The notes beneath the pieces were generated by a model that was given only the letters and a program-made list of their open reading frames with translations, did no database searches and was not told the origin of the DNA. A program made the position numbers and the translations under genes. Below are positions 29,086-43,604 of a DNA stretch of 64,000 nucleotides, in pieces. The stretch comes from Chrysomallon squamiferum (taxonomy: Eukaryota > Animalia > Mollusca): positions 12,090,001-12,154,000 of the forward strand of contig CM022665.1 of the NCBI GenBank assembly GCA_012295275.1. Reading direction: 5' to 3'. Numbering within the stretch: position 1 is the stretch's first letter; each line of letters begins with the position of its first letter.

Positions 29086-29677
29086 CTTTGGTTCATATAT
29101 TTTCAACCGAAAATACCGGTATTTACAATTTCTGGCAGAAAGATTTTGTAGGCCGTGTTATTAAAATAGTGCTAGTCGAACGTGTACAAACAACTGTAGT
29201 TTTCCACATAATCATTGAACGACCAAATACTGAAATCAGCCGTTTTAACGGCTTCATTCAGTTATATCATATGCCATCTTTGCTCCCAGTATTAACGTTT
29301 AGTCACCCAGCTGTCCCCTAAATCTTTTGGTGTAGTATATAATGACAAACATTTACAGCAGTTCAATGGCTGATTTTCTTCATTGCTTTCTTAATGGAGA
29401 GTCGAGTCAATGACTGATTATTTTGAAGACTTCTTGAATGTCAAACCATCATCACATTAACAGTAAAGATTTTTGTAACAGCATAATGACATTTTTCTTC
29501 TTTTATTAATGATACTTTTTTGTTGTTTTAGATGTTAATGCCCTTCAAGAGACTATCTTCCTGGTTTGTTTTTTTGTTTTTTTTTTTCCTTTTTTTCTCT
29601 CGCGATATCGCTTTCTCTTTTCATTGTATGTATATTTCTCTTCTCATAGATGGCTAGGAACAAAGACAGATAGAAAA

Positions 29678-29680
<3 letters not shown>

Positions 29681-29766
<86 letters not shown>
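29681..29766. repeat. (TC)n microsatellite
   Basis: Direct reading. Confidence 0.98.
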
Positions 29767-29769
<3 letters not shown>

Positions 29770-30165
29770 CTACCTCCCCTCTCTCACATTCCCTCCCTCC
29801 CCTTCTCCCTATCACTCTCGTAGCTTTATGCACCTGTTTTACGTTCATTATTGTAGCCCGTATGTCAACGTCTAGACATTTAGACATTTCAATATAAAGT
29901 ATTGCTGGAGCACACAACTAGCTAAATTCTCACCGATATGCTCTTCCACGCTGTTTCTCAACTGACTTGCAGTCAGCATGCTTTCTATCTAGAATGTCAA
30001 GACGTGATTCGGGTTAATTGATTAAATGTGTATTTCAAAGAGAGTCAGACATCAATCAATCGTTCCTTTGTCCTGTTTTCCTGTCAGCTGAAACGAAAAT
30101 TGGAGACATAAAACAAGCGGTGAGGATTTGTCAATAAAATTGTTTGTTTTCGATACTGGGGTTTG

Positions 30166-30224
<59 letters not shown>

Positions 30225-31371
30225 TATTTATTTTATTTTTATTATTATTATTATTATTATTTTTTTTTTTTTTTTGTATTGTTGTTAATAATTATGACAG
30301 CTTTGAATTACTGAATATGTGTAATTTGTGACAGTTTGGAATTCTTGTATGTGGGTTTACTGGCACATTAACACAAGCGGTAAAATTCAAAGACGCATAA
30401 ACTAAAGTTACATAGAAAAGATGTCATGTATATTTTCTGGCTTATTAGTATTTATAAAAAAAATAAAACCAAACATGTGGATCTTTATAAAGACGACAAC
30501 AACATCAGCAGTAAGAAAAAGAAAGAAATTAAGAAAGAAATCCCAAGAATTATCATATTCATCAGCATCATCGTCATCATCACCAACAAAATGATAAAAG
30601 TTGTCAGTATCTCCAGTGTTTCCTGTAATTATTGTAATTATCAGTATTACAGGTTTAAGATAATATGTTTGATAGCACCTGTTTTTTTTTAAAATTATTT
30701 TTTACAGCTTGTCGATAGAAAAATAAAAAGAGTGATGGAAACCATCTGATGTTTAAATGTCTGATTTTATCATAGAAATTAGATCCACTGTAACAGCATG
30801 ATATCACTAATACTGAAAATATACACGACAAACCACAGTTAGACTATAGTGCTAAACAAATACACAAATTTCCTTGATCAACTACAATGTCTAATAAAAC
30901 TCACGCACAAACACACACACACACACACATACACACACACACACACAAATGATCATATACATACAAACACACAAACAAACACTCAGTGTTTTGTATTTAA
31001 GCGCTATGTTGAAGAAAACTGTTGTAATTTGAGTCAATGGTGCATAAGAAATACAAATACCGTAAAGGTTTAGAAAACCTGAACGAAGTGACGGTCTTAG
31101 ACCAAAATGCTAATTCGTCTACGTAATGTTTTTTTATAACTTAAGTCAAATATGTAAAAAAAAAAAATTTACTATTTAAATTAATGCACTATTAGTGAAA
31201 ATTATAATCTATAACCGTCTTCCTCTCTACTGAGCCTTAGTTCTCAGCGACAATCATAATTCGGTTCCATGATCTCCCCTAGTGTATCGTATTTCCAGCT
31301 GTTTTTAGTTTAGATGTTTAACTAAGATTTAGGCTCTTTTTTTTCTTTTTTTTTTAGTTTTCGGTCATAAT

Positions 31372-31600
31372 AACGTTTTTACGTTTTTCTCGGAATTACG
31401 TTTTTACGTTTCACTCAGAATAGGGTTTTTACGTTTTTCTCGGAATTACATTTTTACGTTCCTCTCAGTATAAAGTTTTTACGTTTTTCTCCAAATTACG
31501 TTTCGCTTAGAATTGTGATTCAGCACTGCATTTGGATTTCACTCTGAATTACGTTTTTATGTTTCGTTGAAAACTATGTTCTAAAGTTTCGCTGAGAATT
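31372..31600. repeat. 25-bp minisatellite (acgtttttacgtttttctcggaatt) with alternating A/B variants, decaying to the right
   Basis: Units start near 31373, 31398, 31423, 31448, 31473 and 31498; degenerate copies continue to about 31600. Confidence 0.85.
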
Positions 31601-31645
31601 ATAAAGACGTGTTATTTGCTATTTATTATTGCTATTATTATAATA

Positions 31646-31693
<48 letters not shown>

Positions 31694-34600
31694 TAAACAT
31701 TTTAGAATAATTGTATTTTTACACATAGTTTAAATTAGTGACATTAGTCCAGAAATTATATATATACATACACTTTCTGATTTATAATTCAATATTATTC
31801 ATATAAGCATTACTTTTCAAGAAATTATAATAATTATTTATCATATATTTACGACACACATACGCACATACATGTGTATATCTACAAACACATCCAGTTT
31901 TTAATTAAAAGTATCGTCAATCAAATTAAATGCTTCATTTGCCATGAAAAGATTAATTTATAACAAATATAGTTTCGGGACTGAAATATAACAGCAAAAC
32001 AACACTTTTTCTGCTTCGCTTGATATAACGCTTCGTATAATTTATACAGCCTTGTAAAAATCGATTTTCCGATTCCGACATCCATACGTAAACGTCCACA
32101 AATAAAACCTGTACACAAACAGGACGACATTTCCGTTAAATGAATATAAAGATACGCGTCTTGTTATTGCCAGGTTAGGCTAAACATGTAAAACAAAGTT
32201 CACACGTTTTGGCAGGAAATTCAACTGAAAAGCTTGCCGCTTTTCAAAGCGTACAAAACTTAATAATACATGTAATTACTGTTAAAGACACCAATTTGTT
32301 TTGGTCAAAGTCGCTAGATTCATGGTTAAAAGAACCATGTCCACGATCATATCTATTTTATATGTGTAAACTAATCAAAATGATTTTGGGAGACTTTATT
32401 TGTTATAATATGAATCTGTACGGAAAGGTATTAACAAATGTTTCAAGCGCCTGTCGTGAAACCTGAATAATCTGTTGAAGCGTCATATAATCTTCTGTAA
32501 CATGACGCTAAGTGGCAAGATTTTTTTAGCAAGGATTCTGATAGTGCCATAACTATTGCAAAATAACGCTATATGCAAAACAGATGTATAACAATTATGA
32601 TGTCATTATCTATTGCGAAGTCACGCAATATGCAAAACAGGCATGAACGATTGGGAGCGTCAAATCTGTTTCAAAATCAGGCAGTACACAACACAAACTG
32701 AAGCAAAGTGCAAAACTACTGTGTAAGATTTGAGGTCGTCATGTTATACAGTGAATGACGCTTCGTAGCAAACTAGACAGAATAGGAAACTGACCTTTAT
32801 CATGGCAGTACTATTTAATGTAAGTAAAATCTAAAATACAATAAGTTTATTATTTTCACTAACATATGTAAATATTTTAAATATAAACTTTGTTCTGTTT
32901 CTGTAATACAGTGTTCCAGCTATGGACGGCGAGTCGGCTGGGGAAATAAACAGATAAAACCAAATATTATTTACCTGTCATTATTAACAGTAATCGCCAA
33001 TAACAAATATTTTATTCATGATTTATAAGCTCTTATGTTCTAAGCAATAAAAGTACTATCGTATTAAAGGTTCTTTTTACCCCGAGGAATCGGTTTCCAA
33101 CGCGCCGAATGGCTTTGATCGATGTTTCACACAATCGACCGTAAGTGATTAGCTGGCATGGTCGTCCATTGTTTGCGGTCAGTATCGGGGTTCGGCAGGC
33201 ACCGGAAGCAATTTCAAACGCTCAATCTGACAAGTATATAAAGTAGGTCGTCTGTTTAAATCAGGAGTGATACATATTATAGTTTTAATTTTGTTTTTAA
33301 CCATGTGTAGAATAAAGATTTTTAACTGAATAAAGATTTATGTTTATTTAACATCTTTCATCATTTCTGTATTTTAAATTTTAGTATTCAATATAAATAA
33401 ATCACCAGGGTTAATGAATATTAAAATGAAAGAAATGCAAATTTCGTATCTTGTTTTCACCTTATTTATTTATTTATTTACGTATTGTTGTTGTTGTCGT
33501 TACCGTTGTTGTGATTATTTTAATGTATTTTATTTATTTGTTACCGCAAATATTATTTTGTATATATATATATGTATATATTAACATGCAAAGAGAAACC
33601 ATAAGATAATAAACAAAATGATGGTAATAACTCTGCAGGTGAAAAATAAAATTAATTGATGGAGACTCTAAACTAGCTGTGTGGAAATAATGAAGTTTCC
33701 TCACGGGTAGTGAACTTAATAATGAAATAAACGAAACAATATTGGCCGTTTCTAATTTATTTGCTAAAATGATGCATATAAAGATCTTTATCACAGGAAA
33801 GACGGACGGGAAAATTTAGACATCTACATTTTTGTTGTTGTTGTTGTGGTTTTATTTTATTTATTTAAAAAAAAAAAAAAATAATTTTAATTTTTTAATT
33901 TATTTATTTTTTTTTTTTTTTTTGAACGCTAACTAAATTTATATTTTTCACAATTAAAATTATGCTACGAATAAACGAATATTTTTCTTGTCTACATTTA
34001 ATAACGAAACAAATTTTTCAATTTATAACCCATCTTTTATACAGACTAAAATCAGAATTAAACAATATAAAATAAAACAAGACGCAACTACAGAGTTAGA
34101 AACGATAATTTAAGGTAATCATGGCATGACGCGTGGAAAAAAAAAAAAAATAATAATGAAGGTGATTCATAACTCATTATTCTAGCTTTTCTCGTTTAAG
34201 TACAGCTGTTGTTATTTCATTATCTGGACTGTCACAAGCACGGATTTTCAACAGCGGTTGTTTACGAATATTAATAACGTTATTCCTCAAAACCCGTTTC
34301 GGAAAGAATAGACCGGGATTGAACTTTGGACGCAAAACGTCAAAGTTCATTCCAGAGACGTCAAAAACAAAACAAAAAAACACCCAACTAATTCCAGAAC
34401 TGGTTCATTGCCTACATATTCAGAACAATATTGGAAAAATCTGCTTGTCGGTTTGTCTCCTGATTCAGTCTCTGACATATTTGTTAACCTAAATCAGTTA
34501 CTTGTACCGGTCAATATATCAAAGAAAGCTTTGGTGTTTGGGGCCAAATCCGCGACATATTGCGCCGTGTGGGCAAGAAGGGCATCGACCTCATGTTAGA

Positions 34601-37600
34601 CGTTATTTGAAATAAACAGTCTTTCTAATAACTGTTTCAAGAGTTTGGTTAGACAGGTGACCTGTTGCATATTGAGTCGCATTCTCAATCCTTTTCAGTA
34701 TGTCAAGTGTGTTATTGTCCGTTCAGAGCAGTGCTTACTGACAGGTTTATCAAATGGCGTAGTGTGTGCTTTCCTGTCTTTGGAAACACATATATGTACA
34801 AGCATCAATGTTATGATTGTATACCTTATTTTTGTCAGTCCAAAATCATAAGGCTATGTCGTAATGCCAACAGAAATTAAATACTCTCTTTTAGGAAGAA
34901 CCTTTGCATCTTAGTTCTGTTTTAACTTTCATTTTGTTAAATTTGTATCTCAAGTTCACCATTTTTCTTTTAAGAATAACATTCCTAGCAAACGAAGAAA
35001 AGCGGCTCACTATTCTCGTGGTTCTGCTATTTTTTGGAATTCAGTTCACGGTCTGGAGATGTCAGTATTAATATATCATTCGATTATACACAGGAAGAAA
35101 AATAAATTCTGTTTTGCATACACGCTAGGATCATTATAAAGATTTGATCTGTTCTACTTCAGAATCACGACTACCATGACAAATAAACAAACCTCGACAC
35201 GATATGGATAATAAATATAGTGTAATTTCTGGGTTTGGCTACTCAATTATTTACTGGCTTGACTCGCTGATTAGGTTCATGCACGGTCCATACGCCGTGT
35301 CTTTCATGCTCGTAATGTTATTACCGGCACCCACGTGTTTTTGTGAGCAACTAGGCGTCAGCTGGTTGCTTGATGCAGAAATGGATCAAATTGATATATA
35401 CAACTGCATTTGATTCGCTAAATGAATATATTGATAATCCAGTCTTCAGATTCCCTTCAATGATTTAGCTGGGATAATTGATCTGAGACATGGTTGCTCG
35501 TAGGATCGATTCTGCTGAATGGTGTGATTGGATTTCTTGCTTGCAAACGACTTTTTTTATTTTCTTGTTGTTCGTCACCTACCCGATGCTATATATTCCA
35601 GGATGTATTAATTTTTTGTTGTTTTTTTCTTTTGTTGTTTTTCTGTTTGTTGTTGTAATCCTTTACTTTAATATTTATATTTAGTACTATCCATTACTGG
35701 AAACCAGTTACATTCTATTTTAAGGGTCTTGAAATCTAATCTGAAACGTATCTATGTGGATATATATCCAGATTTTCCTTTTCTGTGGTCAGTATTACAA
35801 TGTTTGTGTGTTGCGCCGAAATATTACAGTCAGATGGAAAATATCGAAATAAAATTAATTACGAAAATTTAATTTTAATATGAAGTACAAAGTAAACTAA
35901 AACGAAAATCTTCTACAGAAAACTTACAGAAGAAAAGAAAAGAAAAGAAAAAACAATAACAATAAAACAATAACAGCAAAATAAGCAATCCATAGACTTA
36001 ACAATTATATCTACAAAAGATGTTATATAATGACAGAAATAAATAGTACTGTACAAATCAGACAATAATTTACATACGTAAATATGTCTATAGACAGTTT
36101 GAACAGAATTTAGACAAATAAATACTAAACACGATGAATCTAATAAAACATGTCATATAATTACCGTTTTTTGTACATAAACAGAAAGTTTTTCAAAACA
36201 AAATTTTATTATCAACAGTTTAATTATCACATCGCCGTGCAAAAGCGTAACGTTCACGACTAACAAGTTTTGTAAAAAGCAAAAAAAAAAACAAATTGAA
36301 ACGTTGAAAAAGGTGTGCCCATAATATGACGCAAGAACCAATGAATCTAAAATATTACTTTCATTAGCGTTGCCGCCTCTTGTGCACCTCGGAAACTATC
36401 ACTGAAGTAGTATTGTTATATCGGCAGTGATACCATTCCTATTACAGTCTTTGATGTCGTTTTTCTCAGAACCACTGGAAGTGTAGAGGCGAGGGTTGTA
36501 CTTTTTACAAAGAAATACAAAAACAAACCCTCTAACCCTCTGTCGACTTCTTACTTTTAACCTGTATTGGTTTTGAAAAGAACCTCTTGAATCCGCGACG
36601 TAAGATACAACAGAATCTCTTCTGCTCTTGAGTTCTTTTCGGTGTTTATGTTTTGTGTGAGAGTATACGTACATGTTTGCGTGTGGCTGACTCTTTCATT
36701 TCTATTCCCGTATTTTACAGGTTAATAAAAATACCTGCAGAATACTCCTGTCTCATATTTACCGTTCTTTAATACTCTTTCTTTTGTTATAATGGTTTTC
36801 TTCTTGAATACCAGTTGTCAATAAAAATCTAGAAAACTTTAAAGCAGGTTGAGTTTGTGTACATGTACATGTTATTCGAAGACCGAGCAGACAACGTGAA
36901 TGTATCTGCATGCCCACGTGCATCTCTTTATTTATGCATATGTGGGTGCGGACGTGCATCTGTGCGTGTTTCTTGAAATTCCATGTGTCTGGAACCAGAG
37001 TTAAAATAATCGACTGAATAATTAATCTGTTCACATGATTAATTTAATCCAAAATAATTCTTAATTAACGTACGCAATATTTTTCAGGAAAAATAAAATA
37101 TACAAAATTTTAATTCTAAGAGCTTCTAGAATCAGTTTGAAGTTAGTTTCATATCTCTGTGTGTCTATCCATCCTTCCGTCCATATGCGTGTCTGTATAA
37201 GTATGTATGTACACACACATACAAATATTAAGAACAAAAAAAAACCCAAAATAATGTATGTATGTATATATATATTTCTCTAGCTACACATCTGTATCGT
37301 ATCTGTCTGCCTACGTGACTGTATTTCTGCTTCTCTGTCCGCGTAGGAAGAAACAGAAATACACACCCGTACACACAGAAATACTTGTGATTATATCTTT
37401 TGAAAATATCGAGGAAGAGCATAAATATTTAATTGCCAATTTAAAAATCGATGTGAAGACTGGTAAATAATTGATTCATTTAGTTCAGTCACAATACTGC
37501 ATATTTATTATTAGACATACATTAGAGCAGTCGGTTGATATAAGCATGCATTAAATGGTTTGTTGTTCTTGTTGTTGTTGTTTTTATTATTATTGTTATT

Positions 37601-38033
37601 ATTGTTATTGTTATTATTGTTAATACCAGTACCAATACAAAAACAACTACTGCTGTCTATTACTACTACTACTACCACTACTACTTCTATTACTTTATTA
37701 CTACTACTGTCGCTACTGCTATTAGCATAACCAGTACAACATTTACTACAGTTACTACCATTATTGCTGCTGATGCTTCTACTGCTGCTACTGTTATTAC
37801 TACTATTAATATAACTACCACAACGGCTAATTCTACGCCTACTACTGTTCATCATCATCATCATCATCATCATCTTATTATTATTATTATTATCTAGGAA
37901 AAGGCTGGCGTTTGTCGCAGCTTGATTCAGTTTACAAAACTGTTAATATAAGAATGCAAGTAGCTTTACAATTCTTGTAGGTAAATTACAAATATATTCA
38001 TGACAGGGTACTTGTTTATGTCAGAAATGTATT

Positions 38034-38080
<47 letters not shown>

Positions 38081-38463
38081 ATAATAATAACAGACGTAAA
38101 TTACTAAAAAAGAAAGAAAGAAAGAAAAATAATGTAAGAGATAATGGTAATAAAAAACAAGAATAAAGATTAAGGAATACGAATGAAATACGTATAACAT
38201 TTGGGATATTATAATTTCCATACTTTCTAGTATACCCTTATGTAATTGATCATCACTCTCACAGTTTACAGGGTGCACGGGTTCAAATAATATTCATACA
38301 TTCAACAAATAAAAGATTTTCGGGTTTTATGTAAATGTGACTTTTGATATGAATTTAAAATTCTTATGCTGACATGATTTTCAACAGCAACAACTAAAAA
38401 ATATTCTAAATGAACAAATTATTTCCTCTGTAATTATTGTACTCGCTACTGTATTGCGTACTT

Positions 38464-38584
<121 letters not shown>

Positions 38585-39089
38585 TCGTAAACCCCACAAT
38601 CCTCTTTCTCCCTTTTCCCCGCTCTCTGACCCTCCCGCTGAAACCACCGACTAAGGAAATCTAACAGTGAATGGCACTGAACGGGAAACAAATCCGTGTT
38701 AATAAAAGAAAATATCAGTTCAGATTGTTGGCACAGTGAGACGTGAATGGATCTCGATATTTTTGCCAGCTAATCACTGACATTACAACATGTTAACTCA
38801 GCTGTTTCTGTCAGAATTTGTAGCGGTAGGCGTCTGTACTGACTAAAGCATTATCTGTTTTCACTGAAACACGACTCATCTGAAACACGTGTTATTTTCC
38901 AATCTCAGTGTTCCTGTTGCAGCTTTAAAGCTATGTGTTTGTCTGCATGTCTATTTTCAGTGAGTCTGTCTGTCTGTGAATTTGTATGACTATCAATCTG
39001 TATCTTTTTGTCTTCTTTTCTCTCTCACTTTATATATATGTATGCAATAAAGCAACTTGACACAAAAGCAATAAAAACAATACCGAACA

Positions 39090-39159
39090 ACCACAATAAT
39101 AATAATAATAACAACAACAACAACAACAACAACAAAGACAAGGGCAACAAAAACAACAA

Positions 39160-39225
<66 letters not shown>

Positions 39226-39250
39226 GACGAAGAAGAAGAAGAAGAAGAAA
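39090..39250. repeat. Compound (AAC)n/(AAT)n/(AAG)n tract
   Basis: Direct reading. Confidence 0.93.
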
Positions 39251-39758
39251 GAAAACGAAGAACAACGAAGTTGACAGATTTTTAATTTACGGTTCCATGG
39301 CCTCGTATGAAGAAAAAGAGAAGATAAATAAAAAACACAACACCACAACGACAAAGAAACGAATCTATACACACTTATAAAACTTTCTAATGTCAACACA
39401 GTATTATTAATTTTTTTCTACTGAAAATAACGAAATGCTTGTCAAACAGACAACAGGTGTGTCCAGTACTAATAGTCTGTAACATGTAGACACCTTAATA
39501 ACACAGATCTAATTACAAATCCTTCACGTGCACACAACAGCTGGCTGTATCAGATATTTTGCCCACGAGAGGCATGCATGGACCACTGAGTTGGATACAT
39601 ACATGGAAATGTAAATATATGAAAATAAATGAGTCATTTTGCTAAAGGTTATATTAATGGATGTGTGTTAATTAAGTTTAGAACAATAAAATAGGCAACA
39701 TATGTTAACAGAATTAATTACATACCACAGCAGTCTTTGTATTTATATATACTGTATC

Positions 39759-39805
<47 letters not shown>

Positions 39806-40035
39806 ACACACGTACACACACGTACACACAGATACATACATACATATTTTAGATTTCCATTAATTAATATACTTCAGATACATAATAGCTGCAGTTCAGT
39901 AGTTTAATTGCAACAAATAAGGGGCGCGTTTCAGTGTTTGTAGAGGGTCAAGAAATACTAATATATATTCACTTTTCCCTCCCTACCCTCTCGATTTCAA
40001 AGCTCTCACTTTTAATCTTCTTTTGTCCCTGTCTC

Positions 40036-40147
<112 letters not shown>

Positions 40148-40472
40148 GCTGTGTTGCCCAAGACTGTTAGAATTTTCTGCAGTTTCATTCCCTAAAACAG
40201 AAATACGTGTAACAGTAGTTTTCTTAATAAATCACATATAAATTAGTCCGTTCTCTAAGTGATCAAATAAAATGTTTTCTAGAGACAATTTTTATTTGTG
40301 TTGTCTTTCCTTGAATTGTTATGGAACGTTTTATTGCAACTCAAGGGTTTTCTTCTGACGTTTTAATGGATTTCAAAAGTGACAACGCTATTCGCTTTGG
40401 GTTATAATTATTGACGTTTTCTGAATGATGCAGTTATAACGTTTGTACAGCCTTCGGATGTTCATAAAAGGC

Positions 40473-40486
40473 AGAGAGAGAGAAAG

Positions 40487-40558
<72 letters not shown>

Positions 40559-40665
40559 CGAGTGAGGCAGAAGGATATTAGATGGGTGATGGATGAATAG
40601 AGAGCAATATAGATAGAGAGATAGACAGACAGATATACAGATAGATAGATACGTAGATAGATAGA
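40473..40665. repeat. (AG)n followed by a degenerate (GATA)n tract
   Basis: Direct reading. Confidence 0.93.
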
Positions 40666-43045
40666 AAGAAGGTAGATAAATAAATAATCTGACAGAAATT
40701 TAAACTATATGTAATGTAATAATCACTTTTGACAAAATTTTAGTAAATAAATGAAACTGTTATCTTACAAAATAATATTTACAAAACTTTTTTTCATTTT
40801 TTTTTTTCACTTTATAATGATTATTAAAACATCACATTTGCGAGCCTAATTTTCATTTGTGTTGATAACATTTACCTGTAGTTTTAGAATGTTTATTCTA
40901 ATGTCTAACCAACTGTACCAACTAACTAACCAACTAGTTACGTCAAAACAGAAGAATCTTGGGCCAAACTGTGGCCCATTCACGTCTTATTGTTTTATTA
41001 TCAAAAGATAAAAATGTCCATGTCAGAAAACTGCTATAAGGCATGTAAGAGCAACAAAGTCAAAACAGTGTCATGTAAACATATTATTGTTTTACCATCA
41101 AAATAAGAGATACATTTTTTTTTTTCAAAAATATCATTTGTATCTCCAAGCCTATCAGTTCCGTTTACAAATGCATAATTCAGTTCTAGATGGCTTTGAC
41201 AGTACAAGAGTCTTTGAAGTTCTCTGACATAAAAGAAGAAGAAATGGTCATATTTCTCTTATTTGAAAGCAAGGTCGATATTAATCTTGTGGTAACTTGA
41301 GCTTTGCCTGCAGGTATTCGCATGGGATTCGGAGATAACACAGGTTAATAATTTATGCTGTTTAATATTAAATATAATGTAATCTTATACAAAAGAAATA
41401 TATATCAATTTTCAGTTTGTTTTACGAAAGATGATTTCATTAACATATTGCTGAAAAATATATAACTGAAACTGTTGGTTTTTTTGTTATTTATAATCTG
41501 TTTTATTTATTTATTTCAGAGACATTCAATAAAGATTTGGCAGAGGATCCATTGAAAAAAAAAAAAAGTATTTTATTTGAAAACAACCATTTCATTTTGC
41601 TTGCACTAAGAGCATATTTAATGTCAGAAACAGTCGCTATTTCAATTTATTTAAACCTGTTCTTTTATATTTCATGCCTGTATTATTATGTAATCACGAA
41701 AGAAAAGCAAAAAACAAACAAACAAACAAAAACAGATACATAACAGATCGTTACAGAAGTAAAGTTAAGAAGAAGAAGAACAACAACAATCAATAAATAA
41801 ATAAATAAATAAATAAGAAAGAACAACAAAAATTAACAAATTAAAACAAAAACTCGACAAGGTCGAATGCAAGGATGATCTGTCCACAATAACAATAACA
41901 CAATTACCCAGCAGAAACACAGCTACATGTATATATATATATACGTGACACGTATTAGCTGGTACAGAGCAAACCTCTTAAAGTAAACGTGCTTCATCCG
42001 TGAAATAATTAATTTCAGTCGGCTCACATTTTCATTAGCAGGAGAATAAAATATTAATACGTTTCCCAGACAAATAAGAGAGCTCCTCTTGACATGCACA
42101 TTGTTTTAGTCGATATTTATGTTCTGAAAAACAAGAAAAGCACTTCCGGCTTTTTAAGAAATATTCATGCATAACTTTCATAATCCTAGTCTCTCATATA
42201 AATTCAGCGTTTTAAAGTTGTTGGCGAAACAAATGTAACATGTTCATAGAGATCGCTGTTTGTTTTCTTTCTTGGAAAAGAATGACTTTCTGAACTCTTC
42301 AGTAAGGGAGTTATAAGTGCTCATGCGCCATTTCATTGTTTTTGATTTCTGTACAACATTAATGTTTTAAAGACACGATTGTAAACTGTTTTATTGACTT
42401 CAGAGTACCACTTGCTACATGTTTCTTTTTTTTCTCTCTCTCTTTTTCTTTCTCTGGTCTTTCATCTTGTTTTAAATGTTAGGGAAAGCTGATTTCACTT
42501 CCCAGCAGTCATCGGATGTCTTATAATTAGTATCCATGCTATCGTCATTATTACTGATGTCATCATCAGGTTCGCCACTATTGTCATATTATTTATCATT
42601 AAAGAATTCATGACATCACATGTAAATGAAAACTCAAACCACAAAATTCATGAATATGTAGTTAATGTCTTTGTGTAAGCAAGATTAATTGACAAACTGT
42701 TTTTCATTTTCTTGATTGATATAAATAAAATTCAAATACTTTTATCTTTTACTCTACTGACAATTTGTGTTCATATTTGGAAGTTCTTTTTAGTTTTTCT
42801 CTGTGAGTATTCCTGTATGTATGTATATGTACATGTGTATGTGCATCTATTTGATGACTAATACACATTTTTTTATACTTAACTGATTTATTTTTTTAAT
42901 TATTTCTAACCTATTTCTAATTAAAACAGCAACAGCAACAACAACAGCTGTAAAAGCAGCATTAAGAGCATCAATTACAACAACAAATAAACAAAAGAAA
43001 GCTAACTATAGGTATCACAGCGATAATCTCTTGTTTTACTTACAG

Positions 43046-43228
43046 GAACGTTCATTGCTGGGCTGTCTGTTCTGTGTTGTTCTGAAGCGAGGGAGAAGAG
43101 TATTAGTAAGAAGACAGTTGTGTGGGTGAATTCTGGCGTCGCTTTGCTGCAGTTTGTCACAGCGTTTCTTTTCCTGTTAGGATGGATCTGGAGCGTCATG
43201 TGGGGAGCTGCCTTCATCTCTATATCAA
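43046..43228 (+). CDS. stum: stum/SPEC3-family membrane protein, coding exon 2 of 3
   Basis: Acceptor ttgttttacttacag| in phase 1 completes PGFG-TFIAGLSVLCC. The exon carries the second family motif GVALLQFVTAFLFLLGWIWSVMWG. Donor A|GTACGT at 43229, phase 1; 183 nt. Confidence 0.92.
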
Positions 43229-43234
43229 GTACGT

Positions 43235-43325
<91 letters not shown>

Positions 43326-43604
43326 CTCTAGCTCTCTCTCTCTCTCTCTCTCTATCTGTCTTTCTTCTCTCTCAAAAGAATTACACAAAATATATTTAGG
43401 TTATTTGCTGGTTATTTTCTATCTCTCTGGCTCTGTATACCTTTCCACAGTATGTTTCTATCTGTTTATCTGCCTTCAGTCTGACTGGCTGTCTGTCTCT
43501 CTGACCATCCATCTGATTATTTTAACAACAACAACAACAATAATAACAAACAACGTCTAATTTTGTCTAACATTAATTTCTTTACTGTTTTTTTTTTTTT
43601 CCAG
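43229..43604 (+). other. Intron 2 of the stum-like gene (376 bp, GT-AG, phase 1)
   Basis: GTACGT donor, polypyrimidine/CAG acceptor, frame preserved. Confidence 0.85.
43236..43352. repeat. (CT)n microsatellite at the start of intron 2
   Basis: Direct reading; begins at +8 of the intron. Confidence 0.97.

Noticed and set aside
43120-43560. 146-aa ORF as a stand-alone membrane protein
   Set aside because: It is stum-like exon 2 reading through into the intronic (CT)n.
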